A stretch of DNA of 62,808 bases from Archaeoglobaceae archaeon. GTDB lineage: Archaea; Halobacteriota; Archaeoglobi; Archaeoglobales; Archaeoglobaceae. Location: positions 1 through 62,808 of the forward strand of contig JAWAQR010000004.1 in the NCBI GenBank assembly GCA_038893835.1. The letters are read 5' to 3'. A program made the position numbers and the translations under genes. Shown here in pieces: positions 34,625 to 44,120 of this stretch (position 1 is the first letter of the stretch; each line of letters begins with the position of its first letter). The notes below the pieces were generated by a model. That model ran no database searches. It was given only the letters and a program-made list of their open reading frames with translations, and was not told the DNA's origin.

Positions 34625-35569
34625 ATGTTTGAAGCGTCAGCAATAACTCCTCTTGTTGCCTTTATACTAATAGCATTTAGCATAGGCTCCAACGACACTT
34701 CCAATGCCTTTGGTATCTGCATTGGGTGCAGAATCTTAAGCTTGAGGAAGGCAACTTTCTTACTTTTTTCCCTAGCCATTTTAGGAATATTTCTGCAGGG
34801 AGAAAAAGTCATGGAAACTGTTGGAAGCGATCTCATAGAACTGAGCATGGAAGTTTCTGCAATAGCCATGTCTGTTTCTGCTTTAATGATAGTTCTATCA
34901 AATTTTAGGGGCTTACCTGTTTCAACGCACCAAGTGATCATAGGAAGTATCACCGGAGCTGGAGTTGCTTGTGGAATGAAGCTCAGCTTATCAACTTTAG
35001 CTGAGATTTTACTCTCATGGGCAGTCTCTCCATTCGTTGCAGGCATCTTTGCAATCACAATTTTTACATTATTGGAAAGGATGCTAAGGAAGTATCCAAT
35101 TATGAAAGCTGAAAAAATTCTCAAATCACTTCTTTTCATCTCTTCAGTCCTAATAGCCTATAACACAGGTGCCAACGAGCTCGCAACTGCAATAGCACCA
35201 GTTTTACATGTTGGAATTTTCAATTTACCAATTCTTGCGATTTTTGGAGCTTTTTTTCTGTGGCTAGGTGCCTTTTTGTTGAGTTTCAGAGTCATAGAAA
35301 CAGTTTGCAAGAAAATAACTTCCTTAGATCCAAAATCTGGTCTTTCAGCACATCTCGGTGCTGGAATTGCTGTTTTCAGCTTTACAACCCTGGGAATGCC
35401 AGTTTCTACAACATATGCTATGATTGGTGGTATAACTACTGTAGGCCTCGCCAAAGGTGTTAGAACAGTAAGCTTTGAAACTTTAAGAAAAATAATCTTC
35501 AACTGGTTTTTCGCCCCTCTATCTTCCTTTCTCATCAGCTTTCTCATAGCGAAATTATTGATTCTATGA
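34625..35569 (+). CDS. Inorganic phosphate transporter (PiT family)
   Basis: GSNDTSNA, PVSTHQ, GANELA, GMPVSTT repeated PiT signatures. Confidence 0.92.
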   Translation: MFEASAITPLVAFILIAFSIGSNDTSNAFGICIGCRILSLRKATFLLFSLAILGIFLQGEKVMETVGSDLIELSMEVSAIAMSVSALMIVLSNFRGLPVSTHQVIIGSITGAGVACGMKLSLSTLAEILLSWAVSPFVAGIFAITIFTLLERMLRKYPIMKAEKILKSLLFISSVLIAYNTGANELATAIAPVLHVGIFNLPILAIFGAFFLWLGAFLLSFRVIETVCKKITSLDPKSGLSAHLGAGIAVFSFTTLGMPVSTTYAMIGGITTVGLAKGVRTVSFETLRKIIFNWFFAPLSSFLISFLIAKLLIL

Positions 35570-35609
35570 GAGAAATCCTTAAATACATCCCCTTAAACTA
35601 CGTTAATGT

Positions 35610-35684
35610 GGGTCCGTAGCTTAGCCTGGTCAGAGCGCCCGGCTCATAACCGGGCGGTCGAGGGTTCAAATCCCTCCGGACCCA
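35610..35684 (+). tRNA. tRNA with CAT anticodon, most likely tRNA-Ile2 (agmatidine-modified)
   Basis: GGGTCCGTAGCTTAGCCTGGTCAGAGCGCCCGGCT-CAT-AACCGGGCGGTCGAGGGTTCAAATCCCTCCGGACCCA; G1-C72 with a GGG start, lacking the initiator A1-U72 pair; no intron. Confidence 0.93.
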
Positions 35685-35748
35685 GATTTTATGAGAATGA
35701 AATGAATTTGAAAGGCTAGTGTTAAATTTCGGATCATCAAATCGACTC

Positions 35749-35875
35749 GATTTTCGTTTTGAAGGCTGTGGAGTTTTATTCTCGTTTGGAATACTCTCGA
35801 GGTTGGCAACTCGGTTGGCAACTTAGGGAGTAATCCAAGCGAAAATAAAACTCCACATCCTTCAAAACGAAAATC
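35749..35875. repeat. 127-bp imperfect inverted repeat (62-bp arms) with central tandem GGTTGGCAACT x2
   Basis: Left arm GATTTTCGTTTTGAAGGcTGTGGAGTTTTATTcTCGtTTGGAaTACTCtCgAgGTTGgCAAC matches the reverse complement of 35814-35875 with about 8 mismatches. Confidence 0.95.
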
Positions 35876-35924
35876 AAGCCATTCAAAAGTTTGTCGTTCG
35901 AAAATATCAGAATGCCACAAATCA

Positions 35925-35998
35925 TGGACCGGTGGGGATTTGAACCCCAGGCCTCCGCCATGCCAAGACGGCGCTCTACCAAGCTGAGCTACCGGCCC
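35925..35998 (-). tRNA. tRNA-Ala(GGC)
   Basis: Reverse complement GGGCCGGTAGCTCAGCTTGGTAGAGCGCCGTCTT-GGC-ATGGCGGAGGCCTGGGGTTCAAATCCCCACCGGTCCA; G3:U70 Ala identity pair. Confidence 0.97.
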
Positions 35999-36202
35999 TA
36001 TTTACAGTATCCAATGAGTTAAAAAAAGTTTTGCAATTTTTTAGTTTAATTTAACTATCAATAATGCGAAAAACTTATATACAATGATAAATTATTAAGC
36101 TTTGGAGTGAGAGTATCGTACGGAGAATGGAAGATAATTTTGGATGCTTTGAGGATACGAAAAGGCAATTAAAATAAAAAGATACTATGAAAGAACAAGG
36201 AT

Positions 36203-38497
36203 TTAGACGAGATATCTGCTCAACCCTTTCCTCCACATTTCTTCAGCTATCAAAACCTCGCAGGAGAAAGTTTTGAAGTCTATTTTTTCACCTCCACTGT
36301 AGCCTATTATTTCACATTTTAGCCCCTTTTCTCTCAGAAATTCAGCATATTTTTCGGCAATTTTTTCATCCACTTCCACTATCCACCTAGTGTTCGATTC
36401 AGAGAAAAGTTCGATAAAGTCAAATGCTCTCAAAGATTCAAATCCAATTCCCAAACCAAAGCACATTTCAGCAATCGCAACGGCAATTCCTCCTTCTGAT
36501 ACATCATGGCAAGCGCTTATTTTGAATTTTTTGAAGGACTCAAGCAGAGTGTTTGCGTACAACTTTAATTTATCTGGAGAAGTTTTTGGAACCTCGTAGT
36601 TTTCAAAACCCATTATCTTTGAATAAAGGCTTCCTCCAAACTCCTTTTTTGTTTCTCCAATCAGCAAAACTGCGCCACCCTTGAAAAAGCTGTCGTTGAC
36701 TTCAGAAATATCTTCTACGATTCCTATACCAAGCAAAGTTGGGGTTGGAGGTATTGCAGAGTACTTTGTTTCATTGTAAAAGCTTACATTACCGCTAACA
36801 CAAGGCAGCCCATATTCTTTGGCCATCCAGCCAAGAGCTCTTACGCTTTCAACAAATTCCCACATTCTCTCAGGTTTTTCAGGATTTCCAAAGTTCAAGC
36901 AATCCACGAACGAGTGGGGAATTGAATTAACTGCAACCAGGTTCCTAATCATCTCATCAAATGCACTCGCAGTTCCCCAGTATGGATCTGCCTTTGTAAG
37001 CCATGGATTTATAGCTGTAGTTATCGCAATTCCTCTTTGCGATTCTGTTGGCTTTATAACAGCAGCATCTCCATGAGTTTCATAGTTTATTCTTCCCTGC
37101 AATGGTTTTAAAACTGTAGAAGCTTTCACCTCATGATCGTATTGCCTTATAACCCAATCCTTGCACGCTACGTTTGGATGAGAAATCATCCTCATGAATA
37201 CATCCAGATAATCCTTTGGATGCGGAATTTCAGATACAGCTGGCTTTTTTGGTCTCTCAACGTAGTTTCTGCAATATTCCACAGCCCCAACTATGAACTC
37301 GATGTCCATCTCATATATCTTATATCCTTTGTAATAGATCCTCAGGACTTTATCCTCCGTAGTCTTTCCAATCACCGTCGCCGGTATGTCCCATTTTTGG
37401 AAGATGTATAGAACTTCATCAACTTTCTCCGGCCTAACAGTAAGCATCATTCTCTCCTGACTTTCAGACACCCAGATCTCCCATGGAGCCATTCCTTCTT
37501 CCTTCAGGGGAACTTTGTCCAAGTGAATTTCTGCACCGAAGCCAGCTGAAAATGCCATCTCTCCCACAACGCAGCTTAAACCCCCGCCACCGAGATCTTT
37601 CATTCCAGTAATCAGATCCTTCTCAACAACTTCCAAGCACGCATGGATTAGTGGCTCTTTCATTATTGGATTACCAAGCTGCACGGCACTTCTTTCCTCC
37701 TCACTTTTTTCACTAAGCTCGGCTGAAGCAAAGGTAACGCCATGTATCCCATCTCTACCAGTTTTTCCACCTACGAGGACAAATAGATCTCCAGCATTTC
37801 CCGCTCTACTTGGAACAACTTTATCCTTTCTAACGATTCCAACACAGCCAACGTTTACAATGCAATTCGTTAAATAAGCACGGTCAAAGAAAACACATCC
37901 AGAAACAGTTGGTATACCAACTCTGTTTCCATAATCCCTTATTCCCGCAACAACTCCAGTTAAAAGATAGTTTGGATGTCTAGTTCCTTTTGGCAACTCA
38001 TCATAGCTAACATCTAGATCTGCGAAAAAAAGTGGATCTATTAAAGCGATGGGCTTCGCTCCCATGCAAAGTACATCTCTAATTATCCCTCCTATTCCAG
38101 TTGCAGCACCACCATACGGTTCTATCGCCGAAGGATGATTATGGCTTTCTATCTTTACGACGTACGCGTATTTCTCATCGAATTCAACCACTCCTGCATC
38201 CTCCTTAATGGCGGAAATGACGTATGGATATTTGCTGTAATCGTCGATCAAGTATTTTTTAAGGAAGAACTTTGAACTCTTATAGCAGCAATGCTCACTC
38301 CAAGCTTGAGCAAGGGATTGAAGTTCGATGTCGTAAGGATTTCTCCCCTTTCTTTTGAAGTACTCTTTTATAAGCTTCATTTCATGAAGGTTTAGCCCGA
38401 GTCCCATTTTCTCGCTTATTTCAACTAGTTTTTCATCACTCGAGTTGAGTAAATCCACTTCGTAAAGTTCGAATGGGACATCGACTTTCTTAAACAT
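36203..38497 (-). CDS. purL: Phosphoribosylformylglycinamidine synthase subunit PurL
   Basis: [52 protein letters not shown]. Confidence 0.97.
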   Translation of the reverse strand: MFKKVDVPFELYEVDLLNSSDEKLVEISEKMGLGLNLHEMKLIKEYFKRKGRNPYDIELQSLAQAWSEHCCYKSSKFFLKKYLIDDYSKYPYVISAIKEDAGVVEFDEKYAYVVKIESHNHPSAIEPYGGAATGIGGIIRDVLCMGAKPIALIDPLFFADLDVSYDELPKGTRHPNYLLTGVVAGIRDYGNRVGIPTVSGCVFFDRAYLTNCIVNVGCVGIVRKDKVVPSRAGNAGDLFVLVGGKTGRDGIHGVTFASAELSEKSEEERSAVQLGNPIMKEPLIHACLEVVEKDLITGMKDLGGGGLSCVVGEMAFSAGFGAEIHLDKVPLKEEGMAPWEIWVSESQERMMLTVRPEKVDEVLYIFQKWDIPATVIGKTTEDKVLRIYYKGYKIYEMDIEFIVGAVEYCRNYVERPKKPAVSEIPHPKDYLDVFMRMISHPNVACKDWVIRQYDHEVKASTVLKPLQGRINYETHGDAAVIKPTESQRGIAITTAINPWLTKADPYWGTASAFDEMIRNLVAVNSIPHSFVDCLNFGNPEKPERMWEFVESVRALGWMAKEYGLPCVSGNVSFYNETKYSAIPPTPTLLGIGIVEDISEVNDSFFKGGAVLLIGETKKEFGGSLYSKIMGFENYEVPKTSPDKLKLYANTLLESFKKFKISACHDVSEGGIAVAIAEMCFGLGIGFESLRAFDFIELFSESNTRWIVEVDEKIAEKYAEFLREKGLKCEIIGYSGGEKIDFKTFSCEVLIAEEMWRKGLSRYLV

Positions 38498-38501
38498 TTA
38501 A

Positions 38502-38744
38502 TCACCCAATCCAATTGATTCTATATTTCTGAATCACAGGATTTGCGAGTAAGCGTTCACACATCTCCTTTATCTCCCTTTCAGCTTCTTCCCTGTTTTT
38601 TGCATCTATCTCTATTCTGAAAACCTTTATCGATGAGACCTTTTTTACCCTTTTATATCCAAGAAGTCTCAGAGCTTTAAGAGTCGACTCTCCTTCCGGA
38701 TCTGCTACTCCTTCTTTTAGTTCGATGTAAACGTCCGCTATCAT
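38502..38744 (-). CDS. purS: FGAM synthase subunit PurS
   Basis: LKEGVADPEG, CERLLANPVI. Confidence 0.95.
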   Translation of the reverse strand: MIADVYIELKEGVADPEGESTLKALRLLGYKRVKKVSSIKVFRIEIDAKNREEAEREIKEMCERLLANPVIQKYRINWIG

Positions 38745-38851
38745 GAAGAAATTGCCTGTTTGCGGAATAAAAGGGTATTGTAATTATGAGACTAAATTAT
38801 TTAATATTACAATAAAATAAATTATAAAAACAAAAAAGAGGATTAGCAGAT

Positions 38852-39403
38852 ATGAAGAAGATAGCTCTAGCACTAATTCTTGCGATTCCATTGCTGGTGG
38901 TAAATGCATGGATGTGGAAAAATGGTTCTGAGAAAATCTCTTACGAAGTTCTCAATTGCACAAAGATGGATTATAGGCAATATTATCAATACGATGCAGC
39001 GAACAAAACTATAACAGCTGTTGTTACGGTTAACTGTGCAAGCGATGAAATAATCGTTGTAAAGGGAGAAAGGATTAAGATAATAGAAAGGGATTATGAT
39101 GGAATTTTAGCTAAGTGCGTTTGCCAGAAAGTCGTGAAAGTCTATGGAGTAAACGATGTTGGTGTGGACTTCATCGATCTATTTGGTGTAACTCAAAAGC
39201 TTGAAAAGAGTGAATTCTGTGGGGTTTCTACGTTTACAGAATGTAGAACTGATGAGGATTGCAGAATAGGTGGCTGCTCTGGACAAGTATGTATGGGGGT
39301 TGGAGATGAAATTATCACGAGCTGTGAGTACAGGGAATGCTATGATCACAGAAAATACGGAATCATTTGCAAATGCGTAAACAACATGTGTCAGTGGGTG
39401 TAG
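38852..39403 (+). CDS. Secreted eight-cysteine-cluster domain protein
   Basis: Signal peptide; FCG.ST...C.TD.DC..GGCSGQVC...C.Y.EC...C.C....CQW. Confidence 0.85.
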   Translation: MKKIALALILAIPLLVVNAWMWKNGSEKISYEVLNCTKMDYRQYYQYDAANKTITAVVTVNCASDEIIVVKGERIKIIERDYDGILAKCVCQKVVKVYGVNDVGVDFIDLFGVTQKLEKSEFCGVSTFTECRTDEDCRIGGCSGQVCMGVGDEIITSCEYRECYDHRKYGIICKCVNNMCQWV

Positions 39404-39409
39404 CTTGAT

Positions 39410-40651
39410 ATGATCCTTGAAAAGGACTTTGATAGAGCGAAGGCTGGATTAATAAACAAGATAATTGAAGAGGGGATTCTTTGCAGCTCTAAATTTGGTA
39501 ATAGTCTGAATTTTGGGCCAATTCTGGTGATAATTGAAAAACCCGAAACGTCGCAGTTGATACCTGACTTCTTTTCCGAGAAGTATTCTGAGGCGATAAG
39601 AAAGTCCATGGACATTATTTTAACGAAGCTAAAAGCAAAGCCTTATACGAGAAGAATTTCAATCCCAATCTGGACTCCGGAAGAGCATTATTCGAGGAAT
39701 CCAGTAGCGATAACGGAAGTTTCATTTTTGTTCGATGAAAAGCTGCATTTGACTGCATTTCTCCGCTCCCTCGACTGTCTAAATTACTTTGACATGAATT
39801 TCCATTGGTTGTCCGGAGTGCTTGAGGAAATCTCCCAAAAATTGGATTATGAATCCGGTAGCATTGCCCTGCTAATCGCAATACCTCATGTTTATGAAAG
39901 AGATCTTAAGAGAGCAGAAAGCTTTGCTAAGAAATGCGATGAAATCTTTGGTTACACGAAGTTAGGAACGCATATAGTTGAGGATTACATTTCCACCGCA
40001 TGGCATTCTGCGATGGAAATAGTTTACAATTACGGAAAGATGAAGGAAACCGAATGGGACATGTTTGAAGGGCAGAAAAAAAGTAAATTTGTTCATAGGC
40101 TGTTTATTGAAGTTAAAAAACCTGAAGAGAACAAATTACACGACAAAGCACCATTTACTGAGAGATATTATCTCGAATATGCTCATGAATACGTTATCCA
40201 TGAATTGCCTGGAAAGGTATCGGGGCCAATTTTAAAGGGAGAGGAGTACACATATGCTGAGAGGGCTAGGTATTGCGAGAGGGATAAGGTAAAGGTCGAT
40301 CAACTATATGAAGTGATTGAAAAATTAAAAAGGGATAAATGTAGAAGGGATTGCTACGTCGGCATTTCGAGAGAATGGGACCTTCTAGCAAGGGATTCTC
40401 CATGTCTACGTGGTTATCAATTTATGGGTTTAGGAGAGAGGCTGAAAGGGATCTTTTACATGAGATCCAACGATGTTTATGGAGCGATGCATGCGAACAT
40501 GCTCGCCTTTGCACTGTTAACAAAATATGTCGCTGAGTTGACGGGTTTCAGAGATTATGAATATCTGCATTTTGCGGTTGATGCGCATATATATGAAGGC
40601 TTTTTGGGAATTGTTGAGGAAATACTTTATCCGAAAAGAAAGATCAGGTAA
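39410..40651 (+). CDS. thyA: Archaeal thymidylate synthase-like protein with two tandem ThyA domains
   Basis: C-terminal domain YTYAER, PCL (catalytic Cys), MRSND...N, HIYE; N-terminal domain TRR, LRSLD...N, PHVYE. Confidence 0.8.
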   Translation: MILEKDFDRAKAGLINKIIEEGILCSSKFGNSLNFGPILVIIEKPETSQLIPDFFSEKYSEAIRKSMDIILTKLKAKPYTRRISIPIWTPEEHYSRNPVAITEVSFLFDEKLHLTAFLRSLDCLNYFDMNFHWLSGVLEEISQKLDYESGSIALLIAIPHVYERDLKRAESFAKKCDEIFGYTKLGTHIVEDYISTAWHSAMEIVYNYGKMKETEWDMFEGQKKSKFVHRLFIEVKKPEENKLHDKAPFTERYYLEYAHEYVIHELPGKVSGPILKGEEYTYAERARYCERDKVKVDQLYEVIEKLKRDKCRRDCYVGISREWDLLARDSPCLRGYQFMGLGERLKGIFYMRSNDVYGAMHANMLAFALLTKYVAELTGFRDYEYLHFAVDAHIYEGFLGIVEEILYPKRKIR

Positions 40652-41306
40652 AATAATTTTTCTCTATCCTTTCCAGATCTTCAATTCGGCCACTATCTAC
40701 AATTTCTCCGCCTGAGAGCACGTATAATCTATCCGCAACCTCGGAGACGAGGGAGAGATTTTGTTCTACTAAAAGAATTGAAACTCCAAGCTTCTTTATT
40801 TCCTTGATAGTCTCCACAAGATTCTCTATCACAATTGGAGCTAGACCAAGACTGGGTTCGTCTAACAGCAGCAGTTTTGGTTTAAACATTAATGCCCTTG
40901 CAATTGCAAGCATCTGCTGCTCTCCACCACTCAGAGTTCCAGCGAGCTGGTCTTCTCTTTCTTTTAGCTTTGGAAATATCTCATAGATCCTCCCAAGATT
41001 TTTGAAGCCCGTAATTAGTAAATTATCTTTAACGCTCATGTTTGGAAAAATCTTTCTTCCCTCAGGACTTATCGCCATTCCAAGCGCTATCCTTTCATGC
41101 GTTTTCATCCTCGAAATTTCCATTCCATTGAAAAAGATTCTACCCCTAGTCTTAACTAAACCGCAGATCGCTTTGAGCAAAGTCGTTTTTCCAGCACCAT
41201 TTGGGCCAAGAATTGCTACGGTCTCTTTTTCAAGAACCTCGAAGCTAACACCTCTTATCACATCTCCTTTTCCGTATGTTGCATAAAGGTTCTCAACCCT
41301 TAACAT
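40644..41306 (-). CDS. livF: Branched-chain amino acid ABC transporter ATPase
   Basis: GPNGAGKTT, PEGRKIF, LSGGEQQMLAIARAL, LDEPSLGLAP. Confidence 0.93.
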   Translation of the reverse strand: MLRVENLYATYGKGDVIRGVSFEVLEKETVAILGPNGAGKTTLLKAICGLVKTRGRIFFNGMEISRMKTHERIALGMAISPEGRKIFPNMSVKDNLLITGFKNLGRIYEIFPKLKEREDQLAGTLSGGEQQMLAIARALMFKPKLLLLDEPSLGLAPIVIENLVETIKEIKKLGVSILLVEQNLSLVSEVADRLYVLSGGEIVDSGRIEDLERIEKNYFT

Positions 41307-41973
41307 ATCTGTTTCCAAAATAGGCTTCCCTTACAGCCTTACTCTTCAAAACATCTTCAGGACTACCATCGAATATCAATTTTCCACTGTTGAGAACAAC
41401 AACCCTCTCAACCGTGTTCAGCAACTCCTTCACTCTATGCTCAACTATTGCAATCGAAGTCCCGTTTCCACCAATCTCATTTATTATCCTAGCGACTTTT
41501 TCAACTTCCTTTCTGCTTAAACCGGAAAATGGCTCGTCGAGCAAAAGCAGTTTTGGCTTTTTTGCAAGAGCCATGGCTATGCTCAATCTTCTCATCTCTC
41601 CATGTGACAAGTTTTTGGCCAGTTCTTTCCTTTTTCCTTCCAACTCAAACTCCTTTAGAATGCTGAGGTCATCTGTTATTGTGAGTATGTTCTCTTCAAC
41701 CGTCATGTTCTCGAAAACTTTCGTCAGCTGGAAAGTCCTTATTATTCCAAGCTTTGCCAGATCACTTGGCTTTTTGCCAACGATATCTTCATTCATAAAA
41801 AAGATCTTTCCCGAGTCAGGTTTTAGAAAACCTGAGATTATATTGAAAAGTGTTGTTTTCCCAGCCCCATTTGGGCCAATTATTCCAATCTTTTCTTTCT
41901 TTATCTCAAGGGAGATATTATTCAGAACTTTTAATCCTCCAAAACTCTTTGATATCTCTATGAGTTTTAGCAT
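41293..41973 (-). CDS. livG: Branched-chain amino acid ABC transporter ATPase
   Basis: KSFGGL, GPNGAGKTTLFN, RTFQ, LDEPFSGL, VREAYFG. Confidence 0.93.
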   Translation of the reverse strand: MLKLIEISKSFGGLKVLNNISLEIKKEKIGIIGPNGAGKTTLFNIISGFLKPDSGKIFFMNEDIVGKKPSDLAKLGIIRTFQLTKVFENMTVEENILTITDDLSILKEFELEGKRKELAKNLSHGEMRRLSIAMALAKKPKLLLLDEPFSGLSRKEVEKVARIINEIGGNGTSIAIVEHRVKELLNTVERVVVLNSGKLIFDGSPEDVLKSKAVREAYFGNRYVKG

Positions 41974-42022
41974 GTGTGTGTCTAAATTGCAAAGTTTTAA
42001 ATACTTTTCTCAAACTCTTAAC

Positions 42023-43261
42023 ATGCGCTGGTCCATATTAATTATGTTGACATTGCTCATAGCATTTTGCGCCTCACCACAGCAAGTACAGAGAGAAAGG
42101 GTATTGGTTGGTGTCCTAGCCCCTCTTTCGTTACCGGAGGGGATGGCACAAGAGAAGGCTGTAAGGCTTGCAGTTGAAGAAATAAATGCCAAGGGAGGAA
42201 TTCTTGGATATAAACTTGAAGTCGTCGTTGGCGATGATAAACTGGATCCAAGCGTAGCAACTGCGGAGTTCAGGAGACTTGCAACTTTAGAAAAAGTTGA
42301 TTTTATAGTCGGTGGTTTCTCTAGCGGAGTTATGCTCGCAACTATGGAAGTTATGGCTGAAACAAAGACCCTTTTTTTCGCAGATGCATCATCACCTTCT
42401 CACTCAGCTAAAGTTGCGGAAAATTATGAGAAGTACAAATACTGGTTCAGGCTTCAAAACAATGCAACCACTTTCGCCTACGACATTGCAGACATGGTGA
42501 AAATGCTTAGAGAGAATGGTTATTGGGTTAAGAAAGTTTACATAATTAGGGATGAGCACATATGGGCAGAAGATGTTGTAAGAACGCTTGAACCGCTTTT
42601 GAAGTCTCTAGAGGTTGAAATAGTAAAGGATGTGAAAATACCTAGGAACTATGCTGAATACGAGCCATTAATCTTGGAAGCTGAAAAGTTGGGTGCTGAT
42701 TTGATAATTCCAATCATAGCCTTGGCTGGAACTGGTGATGTTTTAGTGAAGCAGTGGGCAAATCTAAAGCCAAAAATCCTTATTGGTGGCGATTTGCTGG
42801 CTGCAATTGACTATGGCTTTTATGAGAAAACAGGTGGTGCTGCGAACTATGTGATTTTCACTGCAGATGGTGGCACTCTTGTAACTGCTCCGATAACAGA
42901 GAAAAGCAGGGATTTTGTTGAAAATTATAAGAAGAAGTACGGCCATTATCCTGAGGCGCATCAGGCATTCGTAGCTTATGATGCCGTCTATTTATACAAG
43001 ACTGTAGTCGAGGAGGCTTATAGAAATGGGGAAAAGAATCCATTTGATCCGGAAGTGTTGGTGAAATATTTGGAAAGATACAACGAAACGAATCCGATCA
43101 TACTGACTAGACCCATCGCATTCACAAAGAACCACGACCTCGCTTGGGGGGATAATCTGACCAGAAACTGGATTTCCCAGTGGCAGGATGGGAAGCAGGT
43201 GATAATTTATCCACCAAAAGTGGCGACAGGGAAGCTAAAGTTGCCACCTTGGATCAGCTAA
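42023..43261 (+). CDS. LivK/LivJ-type ABC substrate-binding lipoprotein
   Basis: Start MRWSIL with lipobox-like IAFC; LAVEEINAKGGILG, YDAVY, QWQDGK. Confidence 0.9.
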   Translation: MRWSILIMLTLLIAFCASPQQVQRERVLVGVLAPLSLPEGMAQEKAVRLAVEEINAKGGILGYKLEVVVGDDKLDPSVATAEFRRLATLEKVDFIVGGFSSGVMLATMEVMAETKTLFFADASSPSHSAKVAENYEKYKYWFRLQNNATTFAYDIADMVKMLRENGYWVKKVYIIRDEHIWAEDVVRTLEPLLKSLEVEIVKDVKIPRNYAEYEPLILEAEKLGADLIIPIIALAGTGDVLVKQWANLKPKILIGGDLLAAIDYGFYEKTGGAANYVIFTADGGTLVTAPITEKSRDFVENYKKKYGHYPEAHQAFVAYDAVYLYKTVVEEAYRNGEKNPFDPEVLVKYLERYNETNPIILTRPIAFTKNHDLAWGDNLTRNWISQWQDGKQVIIYPPKVATGKLKLPPWIS

Positions 43262-43262
43262 T

Positions 43263-44120
43263 ATGCTTGATTTGATAGAATTACTTATTTTTGGTACGGC
43301 AATTGGAGGTATTTTTGCTCTATTAGCTTCCGGATTTTCCCTCATTTTTGGAGTTTTAAGAATTCTGAACTTTGCTCACGGCGCATGTTTTGCAATATCT
43401 GCTTATCTGGCGATACTACTGGTTAGGGAGCTTTCGACTGATGTATATCTTGCATCAATCTTTGGAATCCTTTTCTCAGTTCTGATCGGTTTGCTGATTT
43501 ATGCAATAACGAGGCCGATTAGGAGTAATGCGGTCATGGTTATAATAGTAACACTGGCCTTTGCCTTGCTGATCGAGCAAATCTTACTTTTGAGTTTTGG
43601 AAATAGAGGAATAACTCTTAAGCCGTTCATCGAGGGGGTTCAAGTTATATACGATAACCTTAGAATTGCAAGGATTAGATTGATGGCAATCGCTATCGCG
43701 ATTGCTCTCTTGATCCTTTTGGACTTGTTCATAACTAGATCTTTACTCGGAAAAAGAATTCAGGCAGTTTCGGAGGATATTGAAGCTTCGATGCTTTTGG
43801 GAATAAATGTTGAGAAGATCTTCATAATTACAATCGCCATTTCTTCCGCACTGGCCGGTATTGCTGGGATTCTTTATGCTCAGATATTCAGTATTTATCC
43901 AGCTATGATTCTTAGGGTTTTAATATACGCTTTTGCAATCGTAATCCTTGGCGGACTTGGCAGCGTTAGGGGGAGCATAGTAGCATCCTTTATTATTGGC
44001 TACGTCTTCGTGACCACGATGAAGATGCTTGGAGCGCAGTGGTCGGAATTTGTAATGCTTTTGACGATAGTAGCAATTCTCGTCGTTAAACCCACTGGAA
44101 TTTTCGGGGTGAAAGGATGA
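43263..44120 (+). CDS. livH: Branched-chain amino acid ABC permease
   Basis: GFSLIFGV..ILNFAHG, ILGGLGSV.G, KPTGIFG. Confidence 0.92.
   Translation: MLDLIELLIFGTAIGGIFALLASGFSLIFGVLRILNFAHGACFAISAYLAILLVRELSTDVYLASIFGILFSVLIGLLIYAITRPIRSNAVMVIIVTLAFALLIEQILLLSFGNRGITLKPFIEGVQVIYDNLRIARIRLMAIAIAIALLILLDLFITRSLLGKRIQAVSEDIEASMLLGINVEKIFIITIAISSALAGIAGILYAQIFSIYPAMILRVLIYAFAIVILGGLGSVRGSIVASFIIGYVFVTTMKMLGAQWSEFVMLLTIVAILVVKPTGIFGVKG

Noticed and set aside
35610-35684. tRNA-Met call from the CAT anticodon
   Set aside because: It lacks initiator features, and the acceptor stem fits archaeal tRNA-Ile2 better.
35801-35823. GGTTGGCAACT repeat as a CRISPR remnant
   Set aside because: Only two 11-mers separated by 1 bp, with no spacers and no cas genes in the window.
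35666-35982. ORFs 35666-35920 and 35776-35982
   Set aside because: They overlap tRNAs and the palindrome and have no protein-like motifs.
41390-42022. 211-aa N-terminal extension of the 623-aa binding-protein ORF
   Set aside because: It is the antisense shadow of livG; the real protein starts at ATG 42023 with a lipoprotein signal.
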